Source: Candidatus Heimdallarchaeota archaeon (GTDB lineage Archaea; Asgardarchaeota; Heimdallarchaeia; Heimdallarchaeales; Heimdallarchaeaceae). Taken from it: a DNA stretch of 64,000 nt. Below are positions 1 through 7,615 of this stretch, piece by piece (the first letter of the stretch is position 1; each line of letters opens with the position of its first letter). Location: contig JAEOSZ010000026.1 of the NCBI GenBank assembly GCA_016840095.1, positions 1 through 64,000 on the forward strand, read 5' to 3'. The position numbers and the translations under genes are program-made. The notes beneath the pieces were generated by a model, which had not been told where the DNA came from, did no database searches, and saw only the letters and a list, made by a program, of their open reading frames with translations.

Positions 1-393
1 TAATTCCTCAAACGAATAACCTCTTGGTGGAATAGCTTTGTTTAATTTCCTTGCAAGAGTGCTAACTATGAGGTAAGGACTTTTGTAAATTCTACAATTA
101 ATATAGACAAGTAAGAAATTTTTGTTCTTATCTATGTTCTCTAAAAGCTGACCAAAACGTTTAGCAAGGGTAGTTTTACCAGATCCTGTAGGTCCGGTTA
201 TACAAATCTTTCTCAACGGTTCGTCTTGTGCCTCGAAAATTGTCTTGAAATATTTAGCCAATGTCCTGAGTTCTTCCTCCCTATGTGGAAGATATGGAGG
301 GGTGTATGTAACAGACAAACAACCAATGTTTTTGAAGACAGTTGGTTTTTTGATTAGTGAATTAAAATATTCTTCATCTGATGAGTGCATCAT
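1..393 (-). CDS. cdc6: Cdc6/Orc1 replication initiator, N-terminal part (runs off the window start)
   Basis: Manual translation (not in the ORF track): MMHSSDEEYFNSLIKKPTVFKNIGCLSVTYTPPYLPHREEELRTL...ICITGPTGSGKTTL...LVYINCRIYKSPY. It has the Y-x-P-x-x-LPHRE motif, Walker A and YINC typical of Orc1/Cdc6. Confidence 0.92.
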   Translation of the reverse strand, partial: MMHSSDEEYFNSLIKKPTVFKNIGCLSVTYTPPYLPHREEELRTLAKYFKTIFEAQDEPLRKICITGPTGSGKTTLAKRFGQLLENIDKNKNFLLVYINCRIYKSPYLIVSTLARKLNKAIPPRGYSFEEL

Positions 394-664
394 ATCGTCT
401 CTAAGATAGTCAAGGGAATTTACTATTTATACTTAATAGAGAGACATCTCTGAAAGTGAACTCTTGTTGAAAAAAGCTCTTCCCCCTAATCTGGTTTTTG
501 TTGGGTTTAAAATAGGGTTTTGGAAAAATAGCCTTTATCGAAACTATCTGTAAGTGTTGAATGTAAAAAGTGAATTGTCTTCGTTCTTTATTTGTCAGTT
601 TTTTCTTCTTGTGTTTATGTACGCTCTTTCAGATAATATAATAGCGTTTTCCACAAGTTGAAAC

Positions 665-736
665 ATGATGTACGAACCAAAATATGATCCTGGTGAAGGA
701 GACGGCGACATTATGCCACCCGCATGGTGGCCCTAA
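665..736 (+). CDS. Small peptide 1, MMYEPKYDPGEGDGDIMPPAWWP (23 aa)
   Basis: ATG to TAA ORF, paralogous to 839-907 (15/22 identical residues, 7 synonymous codon differences), followed by a T-rich tract. Confidence 0.75.
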   Translation: MMYEPKYDPGEGDGDIMPPAWWP

Positions 737-750
737 TCGTTAGAACCTCC

Positions 751-781
751 TTTTTTCTCTTTTTCTGTCATCTTTTTCTTT
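751..781 (+). terminator. Archaeal poly-T terminator after peptide 1
   Basis: TTTTTTCTCTTTTTCTGTCATCTTTTTCTTT begins 15 nt after the stop codon. Confidence 0.55.
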
Positions 782-838
782 GGGGTGTTTTAATAGTTTT
801 ATTCTACTTTTAGAATAACCTTTCCAAAAGTGAGATAT

Positions 839-907
839 ATGTTCAAACTAAAATATGATCCTGATGATGGAGATGGCGATATACTCCCTCCAGCTTGGCA
901 TCCGTAG
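839..907 (+). CDS. Small peptide 2, MFKLKYDPDDGDGDILPPAWHP (22 aa)
   Basis: ATG to TAG ORF with a GTGA RBS-like motif just upstream; paralog of 665-736. Confidence 0.75.
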   Translation: MFKLKYDPDDGDGDILPPAWHP

Positions 908-918
908 TGAAGTTGCCA

Positions 919-938
919 TTTCTTTTTTCTATTTTTCT
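919..938 (+). terminator. Archaeal poly-T terminator after peptide 2
   Basis: TTTCTTTTTTCTATTTTTCT shortly after the stop codon. Confidence 0.55.
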
Positions 939-1064
939 AGCTAAACCGAATTTCCCTAGTTTAAATATGAAAGTTCGGATTAGATTATGAGATGTTTTCT
1001 ACTTTGTAGAATCTTCAACATCAAAATAATTGCCAAAAGTAGAAAATAGGAAATGGTGAGTTAA

Positions 1065-2645
1065 ATGAAGTTAACTGAGATTAAGCAAAAATTAAATTCT
1101 GTAAATTCAAAGATAGAGTTAAGGAAACTGTTATCTGAATTGAAGCTTCAAGCTTCTAACAATAGATCAAATGAAGATGCTATAAAATTAGTTGAAGACT
1201 TCATAGTAAAAGCAGAAAAATATGCAGATTTAGAATCTCTAGTTGTTTTGTACGGTCTTCTTATATTACAATTAGAGCACGATATTAAGAATCTGATCTT
1301 AGTGACTGAGATATTAGATAAAATGCAAAATTTATCTATAAAAATTGATTACAAAGAGGGTTTAGCTTTTTCATTTTCTTTCTCTTGGTACATTGAGAGA
1401 ATGAAAGGAAATAAGAAATTAGCTCGAAAACATATTGAAAAGTCTTATTTCTTATTAAATCAGTTAAAACAACCTGATAGTTTCATCTATCACTTCATTA
1501 GGTATTCTTACGCGATTCAAGATTGGTTAGACAATCACAATTTTCATACAGCAGAAATTTTCGAAGATTGTTTTGATTATTTTTGTAGAAATAATCTATA
1601 TCATAGTACTACAATGGCATTAGGCATATTAATCATAATCTACCAACAAGAACAAAATAAGGAAAAAACAATGGAACTAACAAGAAAGATTCTCAGTAAT
1701 AGAGAGCTTTTGACAAAAATACCTAAAGAAATGCAGTCAATTATCAATTACTTTATTGGTGTAGGTCACAAATTATCTTTTAATCTTGATGAAGCAAAGA
1801 ACTATCTACAACTTTCGCAGAAAATTCTAGAACCAATCCACAAAAGAAGTATATATTCAGGCTATTATCTTACAACTCTTTCTCACTTAACAGCTGTTTT
1901 TGCTCTACAAGGAGAACTAGAAACAGCTCTAAAAAAAATGATAGAGGTAGAAGAATCAATCAAAAAGGGTTATACAACAAAGAACCTTGATTCATTTAGT
2001 AGAAAACAAATAGAACACGACTTCAACTTAACAAAATTCTATATTAGTTCTAGATTCCAAAATTTTCAAATTGAAAGCTTATCTGATTTGGTTCAGATTA
2101 TTATAGATAATATTGGAAAACAAAACAGTAATGCGATTTTATTTAGTGAGTTTCTCTTAAATGCAAATCTTACTGAAGAACAGTTAAGGGGGATTAAGAA
2201 CTTAAATAATCCAAGCACAAGAAGAGTTGAACACATTATTAATTTTCTTATTGAGAAAACGATCAATTATGGTGAAATTCAGGTTTTGAACAGCATATCT
2301 AGGCTAAAAGGAAGACCAGTTGAAGAAAGAATGACTTTCACAGAGAAAGCTTTTGCTGATTTACTCGCTGCTCAAGAATATTATAAAATCAACCGTTTTG
2401 CAGAAATTTATCCATTGTTAAAGAAATATGAAAACCATCTTCATAGAATAGAAGTTCTTGAAATGCGTGTTTTTATGGAAGCGTTTATTCAAGTAGGAGC
2501 ATTTAAGAACGGTGATCCACTAGGACCCGCTCTGCAGTATATATCCATTAAGAAATGTAAACTATATGGTTTTAGCAGATTGGAAAATAAGTTATCAGAT
2601 TATCTCACAACTCAAGGAACCGACATAATTAGAATGATGATGTAA
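1065..2645 (+). CDS. Helical-repeat (TPR-like) protein, 526 aa
   Basis: GGTGA RBS. Amphipathic helical segments with TPR-like patterns (e.g. INYFIGVGHKLSFNLDEAKNYLQLS, TLSHLTAVFALQGELETALKKM). No catalytic motif or TM segment recognised. Confidence 0.65.
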   Translation: MKLTEIKQKLNSVNSKIELRKLLSELKLQASNNRSNEDAIKLVEDFIVKAEKYADLESLVVLYGLLILQLEHDIKNLILVTEILDKMQNLSIKIDYKEGLAFSFSFSWYIERMKGNKKLARKHIEKSYFLLNQLKQPDSFIYHFIRYSYAIQDWLDNHNFHTAEIFEDCFDYFCRNNLYHSTTMALGILIIIYQQEQNKEKTMELTRKILSNRELLTKIPKEMQSIINYFIGVGHKLSFNLDEAKNYLQLSQKILEPIHKRSIYSGYYLTTLSHLTAVFALQGELETALKKMIEVEESIKKGYTTKNLDSFSRKQIEHDFNLTKFYISSRFQNFQIESLSDLVQIIIDNIGKQNSNAILFSEFLLNANLTEEQLRGIKNLNNPSTRRVEHIINFLIEKTINYGEIQVLNSISRLKGRPVEERMTFTEKAFADLLAAQEYYKINRFAEIYPLLKKYENHLHRIEVLEMRVFMEAFIQVGAFKNGDPLGPALQYISIKKCKLYGFSRLENKLSDYLTTQGTDIIRMMM

Positions 2646-2702
2646 TTCCACTAGTTGTTCTTTTTTTCGAAATCTAGCCGAAGAGAAAAAAGACGAAATG
2701 TG

Positions 2703-2736
2703 TCTTACCACACAAAATAAATATTACGTGGTAAGA
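2703..2736. repeat. Palindromic element TCTTACCAC-N16-GTGGTAAGA, copy A
   Basis: Perfect 9-bp arms with an AT-rich 16-nt spacer; second copy at 28560-28593. Confidence 0.8.
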
Positions 2737-2835
2737 TTCTCCCATTTTAGTTCGAAATTAGTTTGAAACTCTTATAACAAAAATCATATGCCGATAAAGT
2801 TAAAAATCAGTAGGTTGGGTCTAATACATACTTAA

Positions 2836-2920
2836 GCGGAGATTGCCGAGTGGTCAAAGGCGCTAGAATGAGGATCTAGTCTTTAGTAGTCCGGGAGTTC
2901 GAATCTCCCTCTCCGCACCA
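2836..2920 (+). tRNA. tRNA-Leu(GAG)
   Basis: GCGGAGA/TCTCCGC acceptor stem, CTAGA-ATGAGGA-TCTAG anticodon arm, long variable arm, GTTCGAATC T-loop, encoded CCA. Confidence 0.95.
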
Positions 2921-2929
2921 CTTCTTACT

Positions 2930-3115
2930 TTAACCAAATAGATTTTCAAAAGAAACTTGAGACCAATCTATCAGGCTCATTATAATCCCAAAGATTATAG
3001 CAAAAATCAATATAGCTATGCCTATTAATAGAATTTCTTCTAATATAGGTCCTCCTCTTTTCTTTTTGAAAAGTAATTCCTTTATCCCTTGTAATAACAT
3101 TAACATAATTCTCAT
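2930..3115 (-). CDS. Class III signal peptide protein (Flp-like mini-pilin)
   Basis: KKKRG/GPILEE followed by a ~20 aa hydrophobic helix, with Glu at +5. The real start may be a downstream Met. Confidence 0.65.
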   Translation of the reverse strand: MRIMLMLLQGIKELLFKKKRGGPILEEILLIGIAILIFAIIFGIIMSLIDWSQVSFENLFG

Positions 3116-3259
3116 TATTTGTATTAATGTCGATATTTAAACTCCACAAAACGATTTGTAACACTCTAGAGTACTCTAGCCAGCTTTTAGTTGATGCTCA
3201 AAACACTTGAAGATGGAAAACCTTTTTTAGTAATATCATTGGGTCGGATATAGAATCCT

Positions 3260-4105
3260 TTGCCGGGTGTGTCTATGGATATTGAACTTATAGAGTTATT
3301 TCCAAATTCGATAAAATTTGTATTGTCAGATGTGACATTAGCATTTGCTAATGCAATCAGAAGAACAGCTTTAGCTGAAGTTCCATCATTGACCATTGAA
3401 GATGTATATGTTTTGAAGAACACATCTCCTTTGTTTGATGAATTTATAGCACACAGATTAGGATTGATACCATTAAAGTTTGATATTGATGCTCTTGAAT
3501 TAAACTTCAGAGATGAATGTGACTGTGGGGGAATAGGGTGTAACTTATGCACAGTAACATTAACTCTCTCAAAAGAAACAGACGCTCAAGGATCAACTTT
3601 CGTTTATAGTTCAGATTTGATTTCAACCCAAGCTGGCGTTGAACCTATCAGTCCTACAATTCCTATTGTGAAACTAGGACCAAATCAATCTCTAGAACTA
3701 GAGTGCATGGCACAATTAGGCAAAGGAAAGGAACATGCAAAGTGGCAACCTGTTTCTGCCATGGGTTACCAAGCATTTCCAGTACCAAAAATAGATAAGG
3801 AAAAATGTACCAATTGTTTAGAATGTATAGATGCATGCTATAGGGGAGTTTACCAAAAGTCAGGGGATAAAGTAGAAGTCGCTAATCCTTTAAATTGCAC
3901 ACTGTGTGATTACTGTCTAGAGAGTTGCGAACCAAATGCAATAACTATAGGCAAAGATTCTTCAAAAGTTATTTTTTCCTTTGAAACAAATGGAGGATTA
4001 GATCCATCTACAGTATTAACTAAAGCTGGAGAATTAATTCTCTCTAAAATCGACGAATTCAAAAAGACTCTTGAATCAACATTGGCAGAGAAAAAAGAAT
4101 CATAA
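3260..4105 (+). CDS. rpoD: RNA polymerase subunit D (Rpo3) with ferredoxin-like insert
   Basis: FANAIRR, FDEFIAHRLGLIPL, GKEHAKW; two CxxCxxCxxxC motifs. Likely start is MDIELIE at 3275. Confidence 0.96.
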   Translation: MPGVSMDIELIELFPNSIKFVLSDVTLAFANAIRRTALAEVPSLTIEDVYVLKNTSPLFDEFIAHRLGLIPLKFDIDALELNFRDECDCGGIGCNLCTVTLTLSKETDAQGSTFVYSSDLISTQAGVEPISPTIPIVKLGPNQSLELECMAQLGKGKEHAKWQPVSAMGYQAFPVPKIDKEKCTNCLECIDACYRGVYQKSGDKVEVANPLNCTLCDYCLESCEPNAITIGKDSSKVIFSFETNGGLDPSTVLTKAGELILSKIDEFKKTLESTLAEKKES

Positions 4106-4116
4106 AGTGAACTAAG

Positions 4117-4482
4117 ATGCCTAAAAGAACAGGAACTACTGATCCAAATGTGCAGGAACTTATTCATAGTTTAAAGAAGAAAACCTCAGAAACAAAAGCT
4201 GCACTATGGAAAACCGTAGCCGAAAAAATAGAAAAACCTCGAAGACAAAGAGCTACAGTTAATCTCAGTAAGATTAGTAGACATTCTAAAGCAAATGATG
4301 TAATCGTTGTTCCCGGTTCTGTTCTAAGTGCCGGAAATCTCAATCATAAAGTTACAATTGCGGCCTTAAAATTCTCAGAAGGAGCAAAAGAAAAAATCGC
4401 TATTAGTAATGGCAAGCACATAACCATAACTGAGTTAATGGAATCAAATACTGAGGTAAGTAAAATTAAGATTATTGTTTAA
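4117..4482 (+). CDS. rpl18e: 50S ribosomal protein eL18
   Basis: VNLSKISR, VVPGSVL, VTIAALKFS; follows rpoD. Confidence 0.95.
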   Translation: MPKRTGTTDPNVQELIHSLKKKTSETKAALWKTVAEKIEKPRRQRATVNLSKISRHSKANDVIVVPGSVLSAGNLNHKVTIAALKFSEGAKEKIAISNGKHITITELMESNTEVSKIKIIV

Positions 4483-4494
4483 TTGGTGTGAAAA

Positions 4495-4971
4495 ATGTCA
4501 AAAACCGCTACAAAAACAGAATCCCCGGTAACTGTTACCAAAATAAATATTGATGCAGATAATGCAATTTTAGGAAGAATGTGTACAGAAGTAGCTAAGT
4601 ATCTATTACAAGGTTATGCTGTAAATATTCTCAATTGTGATAAGGCTGTTATCTCTGGTAAAAAACACTCTATTTTAAGAGAATATAGAGATATGCACAA
4701 GATACATACTCATACCAATCCTAGACGTGGTCCTTTCCATCCAAAAAGACCTGACCGTTTAGTTAGGAGAACAGTTAGAGGTATGCTTCCTTGGAAGAAA
4801 CCTAGAGGAAAACAAGCATATCATAGATTATTAACATATATTGGAGTTCCAGAAGAATTTGCCAAAAGTGAAATTATTAAACCTAAACATGCAGATGCAA
4901 GCAAATTAGATTGTAAGAGAATCACTGTCGGTGAATTATGTAAAGAATTTGGATGGCAAGATCATAGGTGA
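4495..4971 (+). CDS. rpl13: 50S ribosomal protein uL13
   Basis: IDADNAILGR, GPFHPKRPD, RTVRGMLP. Confidence 0.96.
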   Translation: MSKTATKTESPVTVTKINIDADNAILGRMCTEVAKYLLQGYAVNILNCDKAVISGKKHSILREYRDMHKIHTHTNPRRGPFHPKRPDRLVRRTVRGMLPWKKPRGKQAYHRLLTYIGVPEEFAKSEIIKPKHADASKLDCKRITVGELCKEFGWQDHR

Positions 4972-5381
4972 TGATAATGGCAAAGGTAATCGTATCTTCA
5001 GGAAAAAGAAAAACAGCTATCGCACGAGCTACTATAAAACAAGGCAAAGGTAGAATCAGAGTTAATGGTGTGCCTTTAGAAGTAATGCCTAACGAATTAA
5101 GTAGAATAAAAATCAGTGAAGTTTTCATTATTGCAGGAGAGGAAGTAAGAGAATCCATTGACATAAGAGTCAATGTAAGAGGAGGAGGGTATATGGGTCA
5201 AGCAGAAGCAATCCGAACTGCAATTGCACGAGGACTAATAGAATATTTTGATGATATGACCATGAAAGAAAAGTTCACTGTTTATGATAAAACAATAGTT
5301 TCTGGTGATCCAAGAAGAACTGAACCAAAGCATTTTGGTGGAAGAAGTTCTCGATCAAGATTCCAAAAATCCTATCGTTAA
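4968..5381 (+). CDS. rps9: 30S ribosomal protein uS9
   Basis: GKRKTAIARA, VRGGG..GQAEAIR, C-terminal QKSYR. Confidence 0.97.
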   Translation: MMIMAKVIVSSGKRKTAIARATIKQGKGRIRVNGVPLEVMPNELSRIKISEVFIIAGEEVRESIDIRVNVRGGGYMGQAEAIRTAIARGLIEYFDDMTMKEKFTVYDKTIVSGDPRRTEPKHFGGRSSRSRFQKSYR

Positions 5382-5413
5382 AACTACTTCTTTCTTTTCT
5401 TTATATTTTTAAG

Positions 5414-6445
5414 ATGACTTTCAATTTAGATTGTTCTATGGGAGAAGGGGGAGGATCCATAGTAAGAATAGCTTCTGCTTTAGCAGCGGCTACAAAAACA
5501 GATTTGAGTCTTTCTAACATTAGAGCTAACAGATCAAATCCTGGTTTAAGAGCTCAACATATTGAAGCGATTAGTGCTATCAAACAGCTTTCTGGATATG
5601 AATCAGAAGATTTGAATGTGGGACTTAAACAGCTTTCATTGAAGCAAAAAAGTGAAAAGTCAAACAAAGCTTATGTAAAAGTTGGAACAGCAGGAAGTAT
5701 TGGTTTAGTTGCGCAAGCAGTTCTATTTTATGCCTTTTCTCAGGAAAGAGTGTTGGAACTAACAATAAATGGTGGTGCTACTCATGGAAAATGGGCTCCA
5801 TCTGTGGATTATATCCATAATGTTACACATGCATTTACTAAATTGATGGGTAAAGAAATTAAAACCAAAACTATGAACTATGGTTTTTATCCAAGAGGAG
5901 GAGCAAAATCTGTGATTAGTTTCAGTAGTCATGATAATCTCTCCCCACTGCAATTAACAGAAAAAGGAGAATTAGAAGGTGTGGAAATCTTTTCTACAGC
6001 ATCCCAATCATTGAAGGAAAGGAATGTGGCAGAAAGACAAGCAAATGCTTTTACAAAGAAAGCTAAATTGAAGGTTGATGCAAAGAAGCATATCAACTAC
6101 TGCAATACATTGAACCCTGGTTCAGGTTTGACTGTTGTTGGTATTTATTCCTCAGGAAGTAGAATTGGTAGTTTTGTTCCTGGTGAAAGAAGAATAACTG
6201 CAGAACAAGTTGCAGAAATGTGTGTAAAAATATGGGAAAGAAACTCTCACCATTCCGTAGCTGTTGATGAATATGCTGCAGATCAATTAATTGTTCCAAT
6301 GTTTCTAACTGAGGGAAAGTCAAAAATCTCTGTGCCAATAATAACCAGCCATACCAAAACAAACATAGATTTAACTCAAAAATTCATTAAAAGAAAGGTT
6401 GACATTGAGAAAAAAGAAGCTTACTATACCATTATTATTGGTTAA
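5414..6445 (+). CDS. rtcA: RNA 3'-terminal phosphate cyclase
   Basis: GEGGG, RxxRxxPGLRAQH, GFYPRGG, ADQL, catalytic His in TSHTKTN. Confidence 0.92.
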   Translation: MTFNLDCSMGEGGGSIVRIASALAAATKTDLSLSNIRANRSNPGLRAQHIEAISAIKQLSGYESEDLNVGLKQLSLKQKSEKSNKAYVKVGTAGSIGLVAQAVLFYAFSQERVLELTINGGATHGKWAPSVDYIHNVTHAFTKLMGKEIKTKTMNYGFYPRGGAKSVISFSSHDNLSPLQLTEKGELEGVEIFSTASQSLKERNVAERQANAFTKKAKLKVDAKKHINYCNTLNPGSGLTVVGIYSSGSRIGSFVPGERRITAEQVAEMCVKIWERNSHHSVAVDEYAADQLIVPMFLTEGKSKISVPIITSHTKTNIDLTQKFIKRKVDIEKKEAYYTIIIG

Positions 6446-6504
6446 TATTGGTAAGCTACATTTGATTGCTATTATTTGTAATTTCTTTCTTAACGACATC
6501 TTTA

Positions 6505-6600
6505 TATGATGCTAATGAAGTCGGAGTACGACGTCAAACCGCAGTTTCGTATTCTGCAACATTAGTAAAAATGGCGTCAAAAATCAAAATTAGCAACATA
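6505..6600 (+). promoter_or_regulatory. Structured leader / nested inverted repeats upstream of rpl3
   Basis: Nested complementarities: 6505-6516/6589-6600, GACGTCA 6530-6536/TGGCGTC 6572-6578, GCAG/CTGC hairpin 6541-6557. Confidence 0.4.
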
Positions 6601-6602
6601 AA

Positions 6603-7613
6603 GTGATAAATATGGGGCATAGAAGGGTAAGTGCTCCCCATCGGTCATCACTAGGATATCGAAGGGTAAGAGCAAGACGAGTTATCCCTGCACCTCGCGC
6701 ATGGCAACAATACGAGGGTGCTCCCAAGCTGTTAGGATTCTTAGGAATCAAAGCAGGGATGACGCATTGTGCATATATAGAAGATCGACCAAGGAGTCAC
6801 TTGGCGAATAGAGAAGTTACTGTAGCAGTAACTTGCATCGAAACACCTCCAATTGTAATTTTTGGATTACGTGGTTATGAAAAATCAGCTTATGGTCTCA
6901 AGATTGCTGCTGATTTATTATCAATAGAAACCAAAGAGGAATTGAAGCGTAGGCTAAAACCTCCCAAAGAATATGATTTTGACAAAGCTAAGAAGAAATT
7001 CGATGATAAACTTGATAAGATTGTTGAATTGAGAGCTGTTGTTCATACACAACCTTACCTAACCGGTATAGGAATGAAAACACCTCAAATAGCAGAAATC
7101 AAAATCGGATGTAGTGATATAAAGGAAGGTTATGAATATGGTCTTTCTCTTCTTGGAAAAGAACTGTTGATTAGGGATGTGTTCAAAGCAGGAGAATTTG
7201 TTGATTCAATTGGTGTAACTAAAGGTAAAGGTTTCCAAGGACCAGTCAAAAGACATGGAGTCAAAATACTTCAACACAAGTCCAAAGGTACCAAACGTGG
7301 TGTTGGATCAATAGGACCATGGAATCCATCTAGAACTATGTGGACTATTCCACGATATGGACAAATGGGTTTCCATGTGAGAACTGAATACAACAAAAGA
7401 ATAATGCAGATAGGATCTGATGGAGCTCAAATTGTTCCAAAAGGTGGATTTGTAAAATATGGTTTTGTAAAGAACAACTATGTTTTGGTTAAGGGATCTA
7501 TTCCAGGGCCCAAAAAGCGTACTGTAATGATTAGAGATCCAATGAGAAAAGCTCCACAACCAATCAAAGAACCTCAGATTTTGCATATCTCAACAAAGAG
7601 TCAACAAGGTTAG
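6603..7613 (+). CDS. rpl3: 50S ribosomal protein uL3
   Basis: GIKAGMTH, GVTKGKGFQGPVKR, GQMGFHVRTEYNK. Likely ATG start at 6612. Confidence 0.97.
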   Translation: MINMGHRRVSAPHRSSLGYRRVRARRVIPAPRAWQQYEGAPKLLGFLGIKAGMTHCAYIEDRPRSHLANREVTVAVTCIETPPIVIFGLRGYEKSAYGLKIAADLLSIETKEELKRRLKPPKEYDFDKAKKKFDDKLDKIVELRAVVHTQPYLTGIGMKTPQIAEIKIGCSDIKEGYEYGLSLLGKELLIRDVFKAGEFVDSIGVTKGKGFQGPVKRHGVKILQHKSKGTKRGVGSIGPWNPSRTMWTIPRYGQMGFHVRTEYNKRIMQIGSDGAQIVPKGGFVKYGFVKNNYVLVKGSIPGPKKRTVMIRDPMRKAPQPIKEPQILHISTKSQQG

Positions 7614-7615
7614 GT

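Noticed and set aside
394-664. Replication origin upstream of cdc6
   Set aside because: The region is AT-rich but has no convincing ORB repeats; TTCCACAAGTTGAAAC has the wrong spacing. An origin on the other side of cdc6 cannot be assessed.
617-736. Upstream in-frame ORF MYALSDNIIAFSTS-TGA-N joined to peptide 1 (possible Sec readthrough or leader)
   Set aside because: Peptide 2 has no equivalent extension, the TGA falls in the RBS-like motif, and no SECIS is evident.
665-907. The duplicated segment as a CRISPR array or a known RiPP class (lasso, microviridin/graspetide)
   Set aside because: There are only two units and they differ in a codon-patterned way. There are no cas genes, no leader peptide and no maturase (ATP-grasp, radical SAM, YcaO, lasso cyclase) in the window.
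3260-4105. Ferredoxin-like insert in RpoD as a novelty
   Set aside because: An Fe-S-binding domain is a known feature of many archaeal Rpo3 subunits.
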